64,000 nt of DNA from Eledone cirrhosa (GCA_964016885.1 OZ024746.1:13020001-13084000); one strand, 5' to 3'; numbered from the stretch's first letter, positions 52,109 to 64,000 are shown. A program made the numbers and translations. Notes: generated by a model not told the origin, from the sequence alone.

Positions 52109-54758
52109 GTTTGACTCTTTGAATTACAGCTACAGCCCTACTGACAGGCTTCCAAACAGTTTCCATCTACTCGATTTCATTCACAAAACTTGGGTTGACT
52201 CAAAACCATGGTAAATGACACTTGCCCAAGATCTCACAGATCTGGAACCAAAGATCTAATGATTGGAACGCTAACTTCTTAGCTGTTTAGCCATTCTGCA
52301 TCTGCTATTTGTGCCATAATAGTTACAAGAACAACATTATGGATGGCAACTGTAGATTTCTCTTTGGAATGAGTCCCCTCTCCACATAAAACCTTCCTAG
52401 ACTAGTCACTAGACTACAAATATACATAAGTTTAACTGTTGTCTCCTATATTGTGTTCACACTTTCTGTTAAGAATGGAATGATAAATCCAGGGTAAATA
52501 TATATGAAATATATCATTTCTACATTTCTAATCAATATTCACTCATGCTCTCTCTCTTTCTCTCTCCACCCCCACACATTATCTTCAGCTTTTTTATTGT
52601 TTATTTTGTTGACATAAGTGTCCAGCAGAAGTGACACACACACATACATACACACTTACACATACATACACTTAATTACATGTATATTGTAAAATATGAC
52701 AATATATATATATATATATAATATACATAACAGAAGAAGCAGTAAGAAGATATACTGAAACAACAGCTTGTTGCACATAAGCAGCAATGATCCAAGAAAG
52801 AGTAAAAGTTGACTAAAAATCCAGACAATATTTATATATGGATTTTTAAAAATGGAATAGTAATTGATAAAATGGATCATTGATAACAAAGATATGATTA
52901 ATTGTAAATAATTGTGGAGTGTTCACTGATTATAACAACTTATTTCCTTAGAGCATAGCTAGATATACCAGTTGTTTTTGTTGTTGAGGGATAAAACTAG
53001 GGCAATGATATTTAATGCCATATGTTCTTTAGAAAGTAAGTTGCAGGTTGTTAGATTATCAGTACAACTCTTTGTCAATGTCTTCTTCATACTGTGTCTT
53101 TTGTTTTCAAACGAAAATAACAGTAAATATTATATAACTGAAATACAAATATATTATTCTATGTAGTAATTTATGGCTACACAAAGCTTATTTATTAATC
53201 TAAATACAATTATTATATGACATGCATTTTCTAAGAATGTTAATCTTTATAAACCCAGATACTATTTCATAGTCACCACATACCTATAACCTAAACTGGT
53301 TTATAAAGGTTTGCAAAACTATTTCAGGGTTCAAATCTTATTTCAGCTCTTGACAATTACTGATCCTTCTCATACTACTAGCATTCATCTAAAGTCAAAG
53401 CTCTAACACACGCAAACATTCTAAATAGCATTAAAAGAAATACTGTTTATCTGAACTTTCACTCAACAACATTATCAATTTGATGTAGCTCATGATGTCA
53501 TTTTTTTTTTGTAAATTGCTACTACAAGAGTTTCTGCTCCTCTAGAATAGTAAATTATGTTACCATCGAATACACCAATTCATATATATTTAAAAAAATG
53601 TTATTTAAGTCAATCTGATACATTTTATCAATCATAGGTGGGTGATATGAAAGAATATGTTAATCTTGGAGTGATTTAAATCTTTGAACTGGAAAGTTCT
53701 AACTTGTAAGTAGTAAATAACAATTCTAATGCCTTTGCTTCACCCAAAATGCTATTGAGAAAAATGACCCTCATAGTGTGTTAATATATAAATTAGTTCA
53801 ACACCTAAATACACCAACCAGCTATGGCTTTCTATTTACTATTTAACAAATTAAAACATTTTTAAGTTTCTAGTACCCCAGGCAAACATTATATAATATA
53901 TACTGTACAACTAGAAAGGTTTGTTTCAGGAAGAGCTATAAAACACTGCATAAAAACCTGATTCAATTCATGCCAGGATGGAAAAGCAAATGTAGAAATG
54001 AAGATAATAATTATTTCTTTATTGGCCACTGGGGACTGAGAAATGATGATAATAATATCAACAACTATACTCTCTACACTATGTGGTGATTCAATAACCC
54101 ATTGGGACACTACTAGAAACAATATTTCAACGAAGTATATCTGGGGAAAATCATAGTGAGAGAGGAGAGCACACCTTTTTCTTAAATTTACTCACAAAAT
54201 TAAGTGAAGCTAATAAAACACTAGTTAGTTTTATAGTGTTACATTATTTACAGTAGAAAAATGTTTTTGTTCTGTGGTACATATTTACATCTAGATGAAT
54301 TTGAGTCATTTGGAGAGTTAAGTGTCTTGTTACCAGCCATTGATGTTATGGCTTATATATGTACATTTAATATACAACCCTCACTTCTATCTATGCCTCA
54401 CCAAAGACACACCAAGCACCCTAGTGTTGTAAATGCACCCAGCACACTTTATAAAGTGATAGTTCTGGTGCCACAATAAAAAGCACCCAGGTCACCCTAT
54501 AAAATAGTAGTGCTGTTGTCACAACCAAAAGCATCTAGTCCACATTGTAAGGAGGTAGCATTGGTGTCATAATAGAAACACTCAGTCCACTCTGTAAAAG
54601 TTAGTAGTGCTGGAGATAATAAAATGGTCCCAGTACATTTTGTAAAGTGTTTGGTGTTAGGAAGGGCATCCATCCATAGAAACCAAGCCAAACGGAGCAT
54701 ATCAGCAAAACATAGTCACCTGACCAGTATGGTTGTAGTAGTACTTGGCTGTCTAACT

Positions 54759-55218
54759 CAGAGGACTGAAATTGAAGGACTCAAGTGGGCCAAAAGTAAG
54801 ATGGGTGGTGGTAGGGGCATATTTTATGTTAACTGGATTGGCAGTATCGGTAGAGGGTCAGACGCCATGCTTTGCAGCAAATAGTTATGGCCCTTTATAG
54901 TCTGAGTTCAAATCCCGCCGAGGTTAACTTTGCCTTTCATCCTTACGCGGTCAATAAAATAAAGTACCAGTAATGCACTAGGATAATTGCTGGCCTTGTG
55001 CCAAAAGTAAAAATAAAAAAATAATTATAATGCTAATTTGTAATACAGCTGATAGGTTGCTATTTATTTTTTCATCAAAATAAATACACATATGATAGTA
55101 AGCGGGATATGTGAATTAGTACAAAATGTTGCAAGACAAATTTTCCGTTTCAAATTTTCCTTTATTCTGCCACGGGTCATAGAAAAGAAGTTTGCAAGTC
55201 GCATGTTTGAGACCCCTG
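54759..55218. mobile_element. hAT-type MITE
   Basis: Ends CAGAGGACTGAAA / TTTGAGACCCCTG. 8-bp TSD GTCTAACT at 54751-54758 and 55219-55226. Confidence 0.8.
54834..55010 (+). mobile_element. tRNA-derived SINE family B nested in the hAT MITE
   Basis: Near-identical to 3688-3878. Confidence 0.85.
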
Positions 55219-55837
55219 GTCTAACTCATGTAAACATGGAAAATAGACGTTAAATGGTGATGATGATGATTGTTATCATGAATACATGTCTGTGGTATTT
55301 TCTAAAGCCATATTGTTGATATTCATAATCAGTGTCAGTAGATTCCCTCTACATCGATATATATTGATCATCTCTAAGTTTAGCTGTGAAGATTTAATAA
55401 TATCAAATAACTGAGGAGATCTAATAACTTCACTGAAGAGGTCTAATAATATCCATACATGTCCGTTTCTTTCATCAGTTGGCTGTAAAAACAATATCTA
55501 CCATTCCTATCGACATCAGCTTCATTTATAAAAAAATGTCATTGGCTGATATTATTCAAGTTATCTCTTTTGTGTGTTATTATTAAAATTGAAACACACA
55601 TAGAGGAAGTTTTTGTCTACAAATTGCTTGGATAATCTCAATTAATCAAAGTTTTCCAACACACTATACTATATATGTGAGCCCATACCATATGTGTATT
55701 TAGTATGCAGAACACTTCTCAGGGGTATTTTTCTTCATCTCTTGTTATGAAAAAAATCATCCATTCTAAAGGGTTCTTATTTAAATTAAACTCTTTCAAC
55801 ATAATTTTATATAAAAACCATATGATAAGTCAATGAA

Positions 55838-56070
55838 TCTATATACAAAAAAGTCTGTCTGTATGCAGGCAATGCATTTCCAGTTTTCATCCGATTTTGT
55901 TCAAATTTAATACATAGGTTATTTAGCTCCCGGAGCATGTCAACATATAGTTTAAATCTTTCTCTTCCTTAAAATAGCAGAGTTTTGGGGCTATTTAAAG
56001 ACAGCCATGTTGAGGAGAGAGGGGGGTCTTTATTTACAGTGGTGAAAGGTGTGCCCAGCTCTTTTGCTAG
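55838..56070 (+). mobile_element. Non-autonomous Helitron-like element
   Basis: A|TCTATATA...CTGTCTGT...TTCATCCGATTTT...CTAG|T: 5' TC, 3' CTAG, AT target, no TSD. The subterminal hairpin is decayed. Confidence 0.6.
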
Positions 56071-56446
56071 TAATTAATGATTTTAATAAATCCCATAACA
56101 TTCTTCTGTAATTATTTGAAATAGAGTGTATTTCATTAGAAATGTGGTAAGGAAAGGGTAAATAAACTAAAATACAGATAACTTTCCAATACTCCATAAA
56201 TGAAGGAAGAGTGTAAGTTGATTGTTCCTATAACAACAGGAGTTATCATTGGTGTGCTAGAGAAGAGGAGACATGCCCTGTATAGTACAAACATATATAG
56301 CCAGTGTCACCTATAGAGTTACTTAGTGGGTTTTTTGTTGCTAACAGCAGGAGACTGTGTTTGGCTATATATCACATGTTTACAGCTGGTGCTCTAAGCT
56401 ATAGTGGTGTTTTAACAGAGAAAGTGCAGCTGTGACTTATAGTCAT

Positions 56447-56553
56447 AATGATGATGATGATGATGTTGATTATCGTGGTGATGATGATTATTGTGGTGAT
56501 GATGATGGTGATAATGATAGCGGTAGTGATTATGATGATGATGATGATGATGA
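56447..56553. repeat. Degenerate (GAT)n
   Basis: Direct read. Confidence 0.85.
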
Positions 56554-57141
56554 CAATGGCAAAAGTTGGTGAGAATGCAGCTGGTTACTCCCACAAGTTA
56601 GGTTAGATCTGAAAAGGTCATAAATAGGACAGAATATATGATAACAAGGACACTGTTGTTGTTGTTGTTGTTGTTGTGTAGCTGCAGGTCAGCCTTGATG
56701 AAGCAAACCTATAGCATCTAAGTATTCAGCCCAACACAAACTCGAACACTGATGCCCATAACATGGAGGAGAGGAAGATAGCTAAATATACTAGGAGTTG
56801 ACCGAACACTTTCTGTTTATGTGAGCCGCCATAATGACCGCTACTGTCTTCTGTCCTTCAATTACCACTTTCCTCTGCAAAATTGGGAGGAGTGTGTCTC
56901 ACCTGAGGAAGGAGCCCTGACAGGTGGAGTGGCTGATGTAGTGGGTGTCACTGGCTGTTCTCTGCCATTTTGTTTGACAAGTACAGCTGAGATACCACCT
57001 CAATGGAGGTGTAGAGGCTGTCATTCCTTCCTCTTTTCTCTTATATTTGCTATCTAATTTTTTTCTCTTTCTTTTTCTTTTGTTTTTTATAGTAAACATT
57101 ATATAATGCATCTGAAATTTGTTGAATTAAGATTTTAAAAT

Positions 57142-57365
57142 TTAACCCTTTAACATTTAAACCGGCCATATCCAGCCAGAATACTCTCAACTCCTTCTGT
57201 TCAAACCAGCCGTAACTGGCCACTCATACAGATGTTAAGGTATTGTTTTCAAAATAAATAATAACACCATCAAAATGTTGTAGATACGATGTGAATAATT
57301 ATGATAGATAAAGCCTTTTACTGCGAACATACAATAGTAAATATAGAGTAATGTGAATGTTAAAG
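57142..57365 (-). mobile_element. piggyBac-type MITE family A
   Basis: TTAACCCTTTAACATTTAAACCGGCC...; the other end is decayed. Confidence 0.8.
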
Positions 57366-58001
57366 TAAAAAAGGGCAAACAATTAGCTGTAATCTACTGA
57401 TTTAGAGATTTATATAGTTCAATATATTGAACATACTGATCTAAAGTGGTTCATTACATCTGATATCGTGTTGTAGTTGGGACATATTTATGATGATGAT
57501 GATGATAACAACAACAGCAAAAAGAATAAGATGTTGGGGAAAAGGGTTATTTAATGTCTACTAAAAATATAATTCCCAACTGGAATATCCAATTTACATA
57601 ATAAACAATAAAGCAAGGATAGAAAGTATTTATGAATTTGGGTTTATCAACAAATGAAAGGAAATCAGTCATGGAAATACAAATATCAACAGCTTGAACC
57701 TGACACAGAATATGGAAAGATTTTATAGAGTTTAGAAAGCAAGCAAATAGGAAATAGACTTTAAGGAGACCAAATAATTTGTTGTATATTTAACTTTGTT
57801 TTTAGGCAGCTAACAGTAACAACAACAAAGGCTTTAAATACTTTATAAGTATACACATGAAGTTTAATTACACACCCATTAAACCTGTATGCACACAAGG
57901 ACATATATACATATATATATATATATGTATCAACACTTAAGATATACAAAACCACACCTACATCTATACACAAATATACAGCAAAACCCTTTATATTATT
58001 G

Positions 58002-58280
58002 TCATCATCATCATCATCATTTAATGTCTATTTTCCACTCTAGCAGAGGTTAGATGGGTTATCCTGTTTGAGGCATGATGGGTCAGGTGACTATGTCATG
58101 CTCATACAGAACTGTTTCTAGCTTGGTTTCTACGGCTGGATGGCCTTCCAAATGCCAACCACATTTACAGTGTGGACTGGGTGCTTTTTGTCATGACACC
58201 TACACGACCACTTTAGAGTGTGGGCTGGGTGCTTTTTGTCGTGACTCCTACATGACCACTTTACAGTGTGGACTGGGGCA
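58002..58280 (-). mobile_element. Family C SINE-like copy with ~2.5 48-bp subrepeats
   Basis: (CAT)n TTTAATGTC...GGTTTCTACGGCTGGATG...ACCACTTTACAGTGTGGACTGGG. Confidence 0.75.
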
Positions 58281-58404
58281 AGAGTGTAATGGTATGGGAG
58301 AAGAGTGGAGTGATCAGATGTGGGGGTTTTAAGGAAGGGAGAGGGAGGATAGTGGTTAAGAGGTGCATACTAGATGTGTGTTGGAGTTCGTGCATGGGAA
58401 GGTG

Positions 58405-58740
58405 GGTCTGTTCAAGAGTCCAAAAAAGACATTGAAGCCTGGATCATCAAGGTCAGTAAACCAAGTCTTCCTGGAAGATTCAAGGCCAGGATATATATCA
58501 ACACTCTATTCTATCCCAAGTCCTTTGGTTTTTAATGGTATATACTGTTCCATTAAAACAGTAGAGTCCTTTGAAAGGAAGATCAATAGCTTTCTCCACA
58601 AGTGGCTGGATCTTCCCCAATGCAGAACTATATGGGCCCAGTAACATCTTGCAGCTCCCAATCACTAACCTCACTGAAGAGTTTATATACCAGAATGGTA
58701 TAAAGGGATGTAGAGGGACTCCGGTGACCATCTACTGTAT
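58405..58740 (+). mobile_element. HERO-like (RLE-type) non-LTR retrotransposon fragment
   Basis: Across frameshifts: SLPGRFKARIY/QHSILSQVLWFLMVY/IKTVESFERKINSFLHKWLDLP/LYG/SNILQLPITNLTEEF. This matches GLPGKFKAWIYQHGILPR..WPL..Y....TVE..ERKI...LRKWLGLP....LYG....LQLP...L.EEF. Confidence 0.75.
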
Positions 58741-58789
58741 ATAAAAGGGCTGCTTTTTAACATTTAGTATTGTTTGTTGAGAGACAGAA

Positions 58790-60215
58790 GGTGATTTCTG
58801 ACATGCACTTGGTAGGTTTGATACCAAGTGCTGCATGGCTGGAATGAAAATCAATGCTGTGAAGACTGAGACATTTGTGATGGAAGGAGGCTGGATTAAG
58901 TGCAAAAATTACAGGAGTTGGTGCAGTAATGCTCCAGCTTCAGCAGCCAATAATCAGAAGAAGGGATGTAGGTGTAAAAGCCAAACTTTTACTGAATATA
59001 ACTTAAATATAAACAGAAGAATATGACTAAAATGAGGGGAGGGGGGAGGGCGCTTATATTCGGAGTCAATATTTTGACGATTTTCACCAACTTTAAATTC
59101 TACATAAATAAAGTGTTAAAATATCTGTAGTGATTATTTCATTATTTCACAATGAAACAGTTTTTCTACATTTATATTGTCATGTGTTTTATTTATGGCA
59201 TTGTCTTGAGAACACTCCTAATAAATTATCATTATTTGAACTTTTTAATACATAAATATCCCCAACACATAATTGCATACATGCATGCACATGCAAATGT
59301 AAACACATGTGCACCAACTGTTTTTCTCTGTGGTGACTACATAATTATACTTTTGCTTTCAATCTTGTTTTGTTTTATTTCAATCTCTTTTTTTGCTTTA
59401 CCTCTCCTCTCTTTCCTCGCTTGCTGTCTTTTCCTCCTCCTTCTAAAGTCATTACATAATGGAGTTGTGAAACAAAACTATATTCTAAACGACACTTAAA
59501 ACATTTTAAATATCAAAATATTAAAACTTCTTAAATATTTTCTCCACTCATGAGAATTTCCCAACAGCGCTATAATATATGTTTTAGCTACCTTGGTTTA
59601 TAAATGCGATTTTGATTTTTGACCATTTCTCGAATACAAAATAGGGGGTCGGCTTATATTTGAGTATATATCGTAAGTGCAAGAATTGCCGGAGCTGGTG
59701 CAATAATGCTCCAGTTTCAACATTCAGTGACCAGAAGAAGGGAGGTAGGTATAAAAGCCAAACTCGCTATCTCCAATTCCGTATTCATGCCAACTCTTAC
59801 CTATGGTCACGTATCTTGGGTAATGACTAAAAGAATACGATTGCAAGCAGCGAAAATGGGGCTCCTCTGAAGGATCTTTGGAGTCACATTACTCAATAGA
59901 GTGCGTAGCTTAGAGATCAGAGAGTTGCTAAAGGTAGAGTTACTACTTCTCTGAACTGAAAAATCACAGCTCCGATATTATGGGCATATGGTTAGAATGT
60001 CTCAGGAAAGAATTGCTGGACATATTTTATGGGCAAAAATCAACCAAGATGGTTGGATATCATCCCTAAGCTTGGCTGGTCTCGCTTGAAAATCCAGCTG
60101 GATCAATTGAAAACGGCTGCTTCTGACCAGACCTGTTGGAAGGAATGTTTGGGGACTCTGCCCTCACAACTCTCTCAGGAATAAGTGGGTGAAGAAGGAG
60201 GAGAGAGAGAGAGAG
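58790..60215 (+). mobile_element. RTE (Rex3/Expander-like) 3' half interrupted by a DNA transposon
   Basis: ALGRFDTKCCMAGMKINAVKTE; KAKLAISNSVFMPTLTYGHVSWVMTKR...QAAKMG...QLRYYGHMVRMSQER; (GA)n at the end. Confidence 0.8.
58990..59674. mobile_element. pogo/Tigger-like non-autonomous element (degenerate)
   Basis: Right end GGGGTCGGCTTATATTTGAGTATATATCG-TA; left end TA-CTGAATATAACTTAAATATAA; internal GGGCGCTTATATTCGGAG. Confidence 0.6.
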
Positions 60216-60834
60216 CATTAATAAGAAATTAATTCAAAAAGGAAATTTTAAAAATCCAACTATAGATTGTGCTGATAGTCAGTCATACTGTCAGAAAGTG
60301 TTCTATTTTGATAATGAAACTTAGGACAAAATACAAAGGTATTGCTGATGAACATTGCTATACTTTACATTAACTTCACTATCCTTTAGAAAATCTTGTG
60401 TATAATCTCAGAAACCTACGCTTGATACTATCACACAAAATAGACAGTATTCTAGCTTTTTTCTCTTCTTATCAATATAAATTAATAGCTTTAATTAGCA
60501 TGGCTAAATATATTGTTTCTCTCTGTATGATTACAGAATGAAAATCTAATAAATTCCAATGAGATTAAGAATTTCAAACAAATTTTATATATTTTTTCTC
60601 TACAAACAAAACAATTAATTATCTTCAATTATTTTCCTGTTACATATCACATCACAATGTTATTGGCAATGATATTATAAAAAACATCTTGTAAATTCAT
60701 TTTCTATTGTAAAGAACTACATTAGATTTTTCCTGTAAATATTTTATCTTTTGATTGCAATTATTACTTTAAAATTATTTTCTTTGTTCTGTGGGTTAGA
60801 ACATGTTGTCCCTGGGATTCAACTTCCTGTTGTA

Positions 60835-61049
60835 TTAACCCTTTAGCATTTAAACCGGCCACATCTGGCCAGAATTCTCTCACCTCTTTCTGTTCAAACT
60901 GGTTGCTTATACTGATGTTAAAGTATTGTCCTCAAAATAAAAATAAAAATTTTGTAGATTCAATATTATGCGAGATAATTATGTGAGGTAAAGCCTTAAA
61001 GAGAAAATACAATATTATATATAGAGTAATGTAAATGCTAAAGGGTTAA
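60835..61049 (-). mobile_element. piggyBac-type MITE family A
   Basis: TTAA-CCCTTTAGCATTTA ... TAAATGCTAAAGGG-TTAA, perfect 14-bp TIRs. Confidence 0.9.
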
Positions 61050-61273
61050 GACCTGTTCTGCTCCTATTTCTGCTCCTTACACCTTCTATGGCCACTAGCT
61101 GTATTCACCAAATAAGCTATTCATTTTTTAACTCATTTGCATTCATCATAAATCTAATACATCACACTCATTCATTGAATGTCCTCTTCCAATATTTCCT
61201 AAACATCATAACAATCCTAATCCAATCATATTGTCCATTCTTCATAAGGAATTCTTTTAATATGTCCAACTAA

Positions 61274-61704
61274 TTAACTCTTAACATCCTGTAATGATTT
61301 AGTAGAAAATGTCTAAAAATAGGTTAGTTCATTCAAATGATTTTAGCATTTTTATTAGTGGACAAATTGTTGTGAAAATGTACAATATTAGAGTAAAAAC
61401 CTTAATGTTTAACACTTTACCATTTACATTACTTTATATATACTATTATATTTTCACGGTAAAGGCTGAATCTCTCATAATTATCTCACAAAATACGGAA
61501 TCTATGAGATTTTGAATTATTCATTTTGCGAACAATACCTTAACGTCAGTATGAGCGGCTTGTTACAATCAGTTTGGATAGGAAAAAAGTCAGAGAATTC
61601 TGGCTGGATACAGCCGGGTAAATGTGACACAGACAGTGTACTGTTTTGTATGTTCCGAGAATGTCTTACTGTGGTTTCATGCAATACAGGATGTTAAGAG
61701 TTAA
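61274..61704. mobile_element. TTAA-flanked MITE family E containing a truncated family A copy (~61409-61625)
   Basis: Perfect 16-bp TIR CTCTTAACATCCTGTA (61278-61293 / 61685-61700) with TTAA on both sides. Partial copies at ~2436 and ~31103. Confidence 0.85.
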
Positions 61705-62167
61705 ACTCTTGCTTATGAAGTTTTATTGGAATGTGCATATTGTTATTAACATGTTAATATTTCATTGGTAACACTCCCTTTCAACTCTCTTAACACACTT
61801 CCAGGTTTAAACAGCTTGAAGCACTTGAGTTGCTTCTTCAATGGTAGCCAAGCTACCTGCGTATGGATGAGGATCAACAGATGAAATGATAATTTTGATA
61901 AATGGAACAAATCATAATAATAAGATATAATTTGTTTAACGTTTCAGATTTAAAATTAGTTGAAATTGTTTCTAAGCATTAAGTATTAAAGAATGTTGGT
62001 ATTTATAATTCCTTAACTGAGTAAAAAAAAAAGGAAAAAAAAAAAAAATTACTCTAAACTGTAGTCATGGCAACTTCAGCACTAAATGTTTAAAAACTCC
62101 TTTTATTAATCACATATCCTTTCTTGGACATGGATGTTATGGATGTTTCAAGTTCAGACTGTTTGTG

Positions 62168-62225
62168 AGAGGAAGTATTGTTCTGATGAGAACCAGAGTT
62201 TGAAATACATAGACAATTATCCTCT
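62168..62225 (+). ncRNA. Type I minimal hammerhead ribozyme fold (CpG-decayed)
   Basis: Stem I ATTGTT/GACAAT plus distal AGAGGA/TCCTCT; core CTGATGA (62183-62189); stem II GAAC-CAGA-GTTT; GAAA (62202-62205); TACA loop; UA cleavage site. Confidence 0.7.
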
Positions 62226-62899
62226 GCTGCTTCTGCTAGAATCTGCTAGACGGAGCAGGTCATCAGCTTTTCTATTCATAGCTGGGCTTTCAAAATGTTT
62301 ATTTATTAAACAAACCGTATATCTTTAGATATACAATATTCATATACTTGTATGTATACAGCTATGCTGAAGCTAAATTTTAATTATACAATTAATTATT
62401 TCACTTGTATTCATTAGATTGCCTTTATTGTTCAATCTATCAAATATATTCCTTTCTTGTAGTATTCCTGGTGGATTTCATAGCAAATACTCATTAATTA
62501 TTGTCTTTCCACTATGTGGCTTTTCATAATTGAAAGTATGTAGCTCTTGTATGTCTTTCCACTAGAAGAGAACTTTACTCTTTTGCCACTATTCAAAACA
62601 ATAACAAGCTTACAAAGTAACATTAAATAAGGTGGAAGATTTGTAAATATTAATTTCAGCAGAGCTAGTTCGTTACTTAATTTTTAATAAAAATAAGGCA
62701 TGAGTAATCTAACATCAATTTATGCTCTTTTCTACATATAACAATGTATTTTATGATTAATAATCTAAATGAAAACCACGTGGCGGAAATATAAATAACT
62801 CGGCTGTCATAAATGGATTTGGTTGCGAGTTGTCCCTTCTATATATATCTATATATCCTACAGAAATTTGCACTCACTATAATAAACCCGCCTATTATT

Positions 62900-63975
62900 A
62901 TAACAATATATGCTCATTCTGCCGTATGTGATTCTGGAAGCTGAGTTTCCTGTGTGCACTTTTATCTGTGTGTGACTGGATTGCCATCACAATTTGTATT
63001 TGCTGTGGTACAGTTCTATGCGGTGCGACACATTGGCTGAACGCCAACCTGGACATACAGTGAATTTCACCTGGCACGTTGGATTAAGTGACCGAATGTT
63101 TTCCATTTCCTCACATCTGTGCCGGCTGTATATGTGCCATACATTTCTTTAACTCGTCGTACCTTCTTTTATTTTTTGTTGTAGATTTTAGGTGTATATC
63201 CCAGACCGCCTATGGTGATAAATCCCCTGGCTATAGGTTTTGGAAAAATAGTGTTATCTCACTTGGAGTTCGGAACTGGACATATCGATGTGGTTCATGG
63301 GGTGCGGATATGATAAGGAGAATCGACCTATTACAGGGCGATATACTTGGAGTACACCATCCCTCATGTGGACTATCATACATGTAAGGCTGCATTACTG
63401 CTAACCAACAATTCTTTTCACAGACTCATGCTTGCAAACACTCTTGATCTGCCTGTACACCCCCTTTTGCACTGCTTGTGCTTTGATGCTTTGCTTTGTC
63501 TTATATATTTTTTTTTGGGGGGGGGGTGCTGGCTTTTTGTTCATTAATTGTTTTGTATTTTTGTATTTATCTCTTTTCTTATCCCTGTATTTTTGTACTT
63601 TTTTATTATTTTTTTGTTATTTTCTTGTATTTTCTGATTGTTTCTGATCATGCTGAGTAATACCCTCACTCACCCCTTGCTACCCTCTCCCAACCTCTTT
63701 ATCATCTATTGCACCATATAAGTGATAAATTTATGGTGTAATTTTTAATTTTTTATTTTTAAGACATTTTATGACATTATGTGCATCATGTATTATGTCT
63801 TTTTCTATATAGTGCTAGCCTCAGGTCATTTAACCTTGTTCTGGAGACGCAGCTCGATGGAACATGCAACTACTGATATACTCATGTTTATAGGCTCTGA
63901 AGATTCCTGCCATGGTGTATGGATGAAACACTGTTAGCTATGTATTTCTAAGCACTCTTTGGTTATTCCTATAAC
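62900..63975 (+). mobile_element. Possible degenerate Penelope-like element (GIY-YIG remnant plus pLTR)
   Basis: ICICCGTVLCGAT / TLAER..GH has the C..C...YxG.T..L.ER...H spacing, and a hammerhead-like fold lies at the 3' end. Heavily decayed. Confidence 0.4.
63889..63942 (+). ncRNA. Degenerate type I hammerhead ribozyme fold
   Basis: TATAG(G)CT / AGCTATG stem I; CTGAAGA (63897-63903); imperfect stem II TCC...GGA; GAAAC-ACT-GTT. Confidence 0.5.
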
Positions 63976-64000
63976 TATAACGGCTCTGTAGTATACTAGT

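Larger units (their letters stand above)
54410..55272 (+). mobile_element. Family C SINE-like copy split by a hAT MITE
   Basis: 48-bp subrepeats and TTAGGAAGGGCATCCA lie left of the MITE. The CATGTAAACATGGAAAATAGACGTTAAATGGTGATGATG tail lies right of it. Confidence 0.75.

Noticed and set aside
55276-55485. Possible minus-strand exon after a tttttacag acceptor
   Set aside because: No recognisable protein and no partner exon. Similar isolated splice-like sites at ~49533 (+), ~56900 (-) and ~61804 (+) are equally unsupported.

Overview
AT-rich, repeat-dense eukaryotic DNA. The SINE/RTE repertoire suggests a coleoid cephalopod, probably an octopod (inference). There is one confident protein-coding gene, an intronless HEXIM (7SK snRNP/P-TEFb inhibitor; minus strand, 38827-39609), in a ~6.5 kb island nearly free of transposons. 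The rest is mobile DNA and tandem repeats: RTE, CR1/L2-like, Ingi/I-like, CRE-like and HERO-like non-LTR fragments, SINEs, piggyBac-type/hAT/pogo/Helitron non-autonomous elements, and microsatellites. Highlights: (1) an ~8 kb 43-bp satellite amplified inside the zinc-finger coding end of a LINE fragment, still enclosed by the 10-bp target-site duplication and carrying a 2361-bp higher-order duplication; (2) a 4.7 kb 23-bp palindrome-rich satellite with a terminal fold-back; (3) two hammerhead-ribozyme folds near the right end; (4) a 42-codon ORF that stops 2 nt before the HEXIM ATG; (5) a 48-bp VNTR carried in an RTE 3' UTR/SINE. Most entries in the ORF track are repeat artefacts. Repeat boundaries were read by eye and are approximate.
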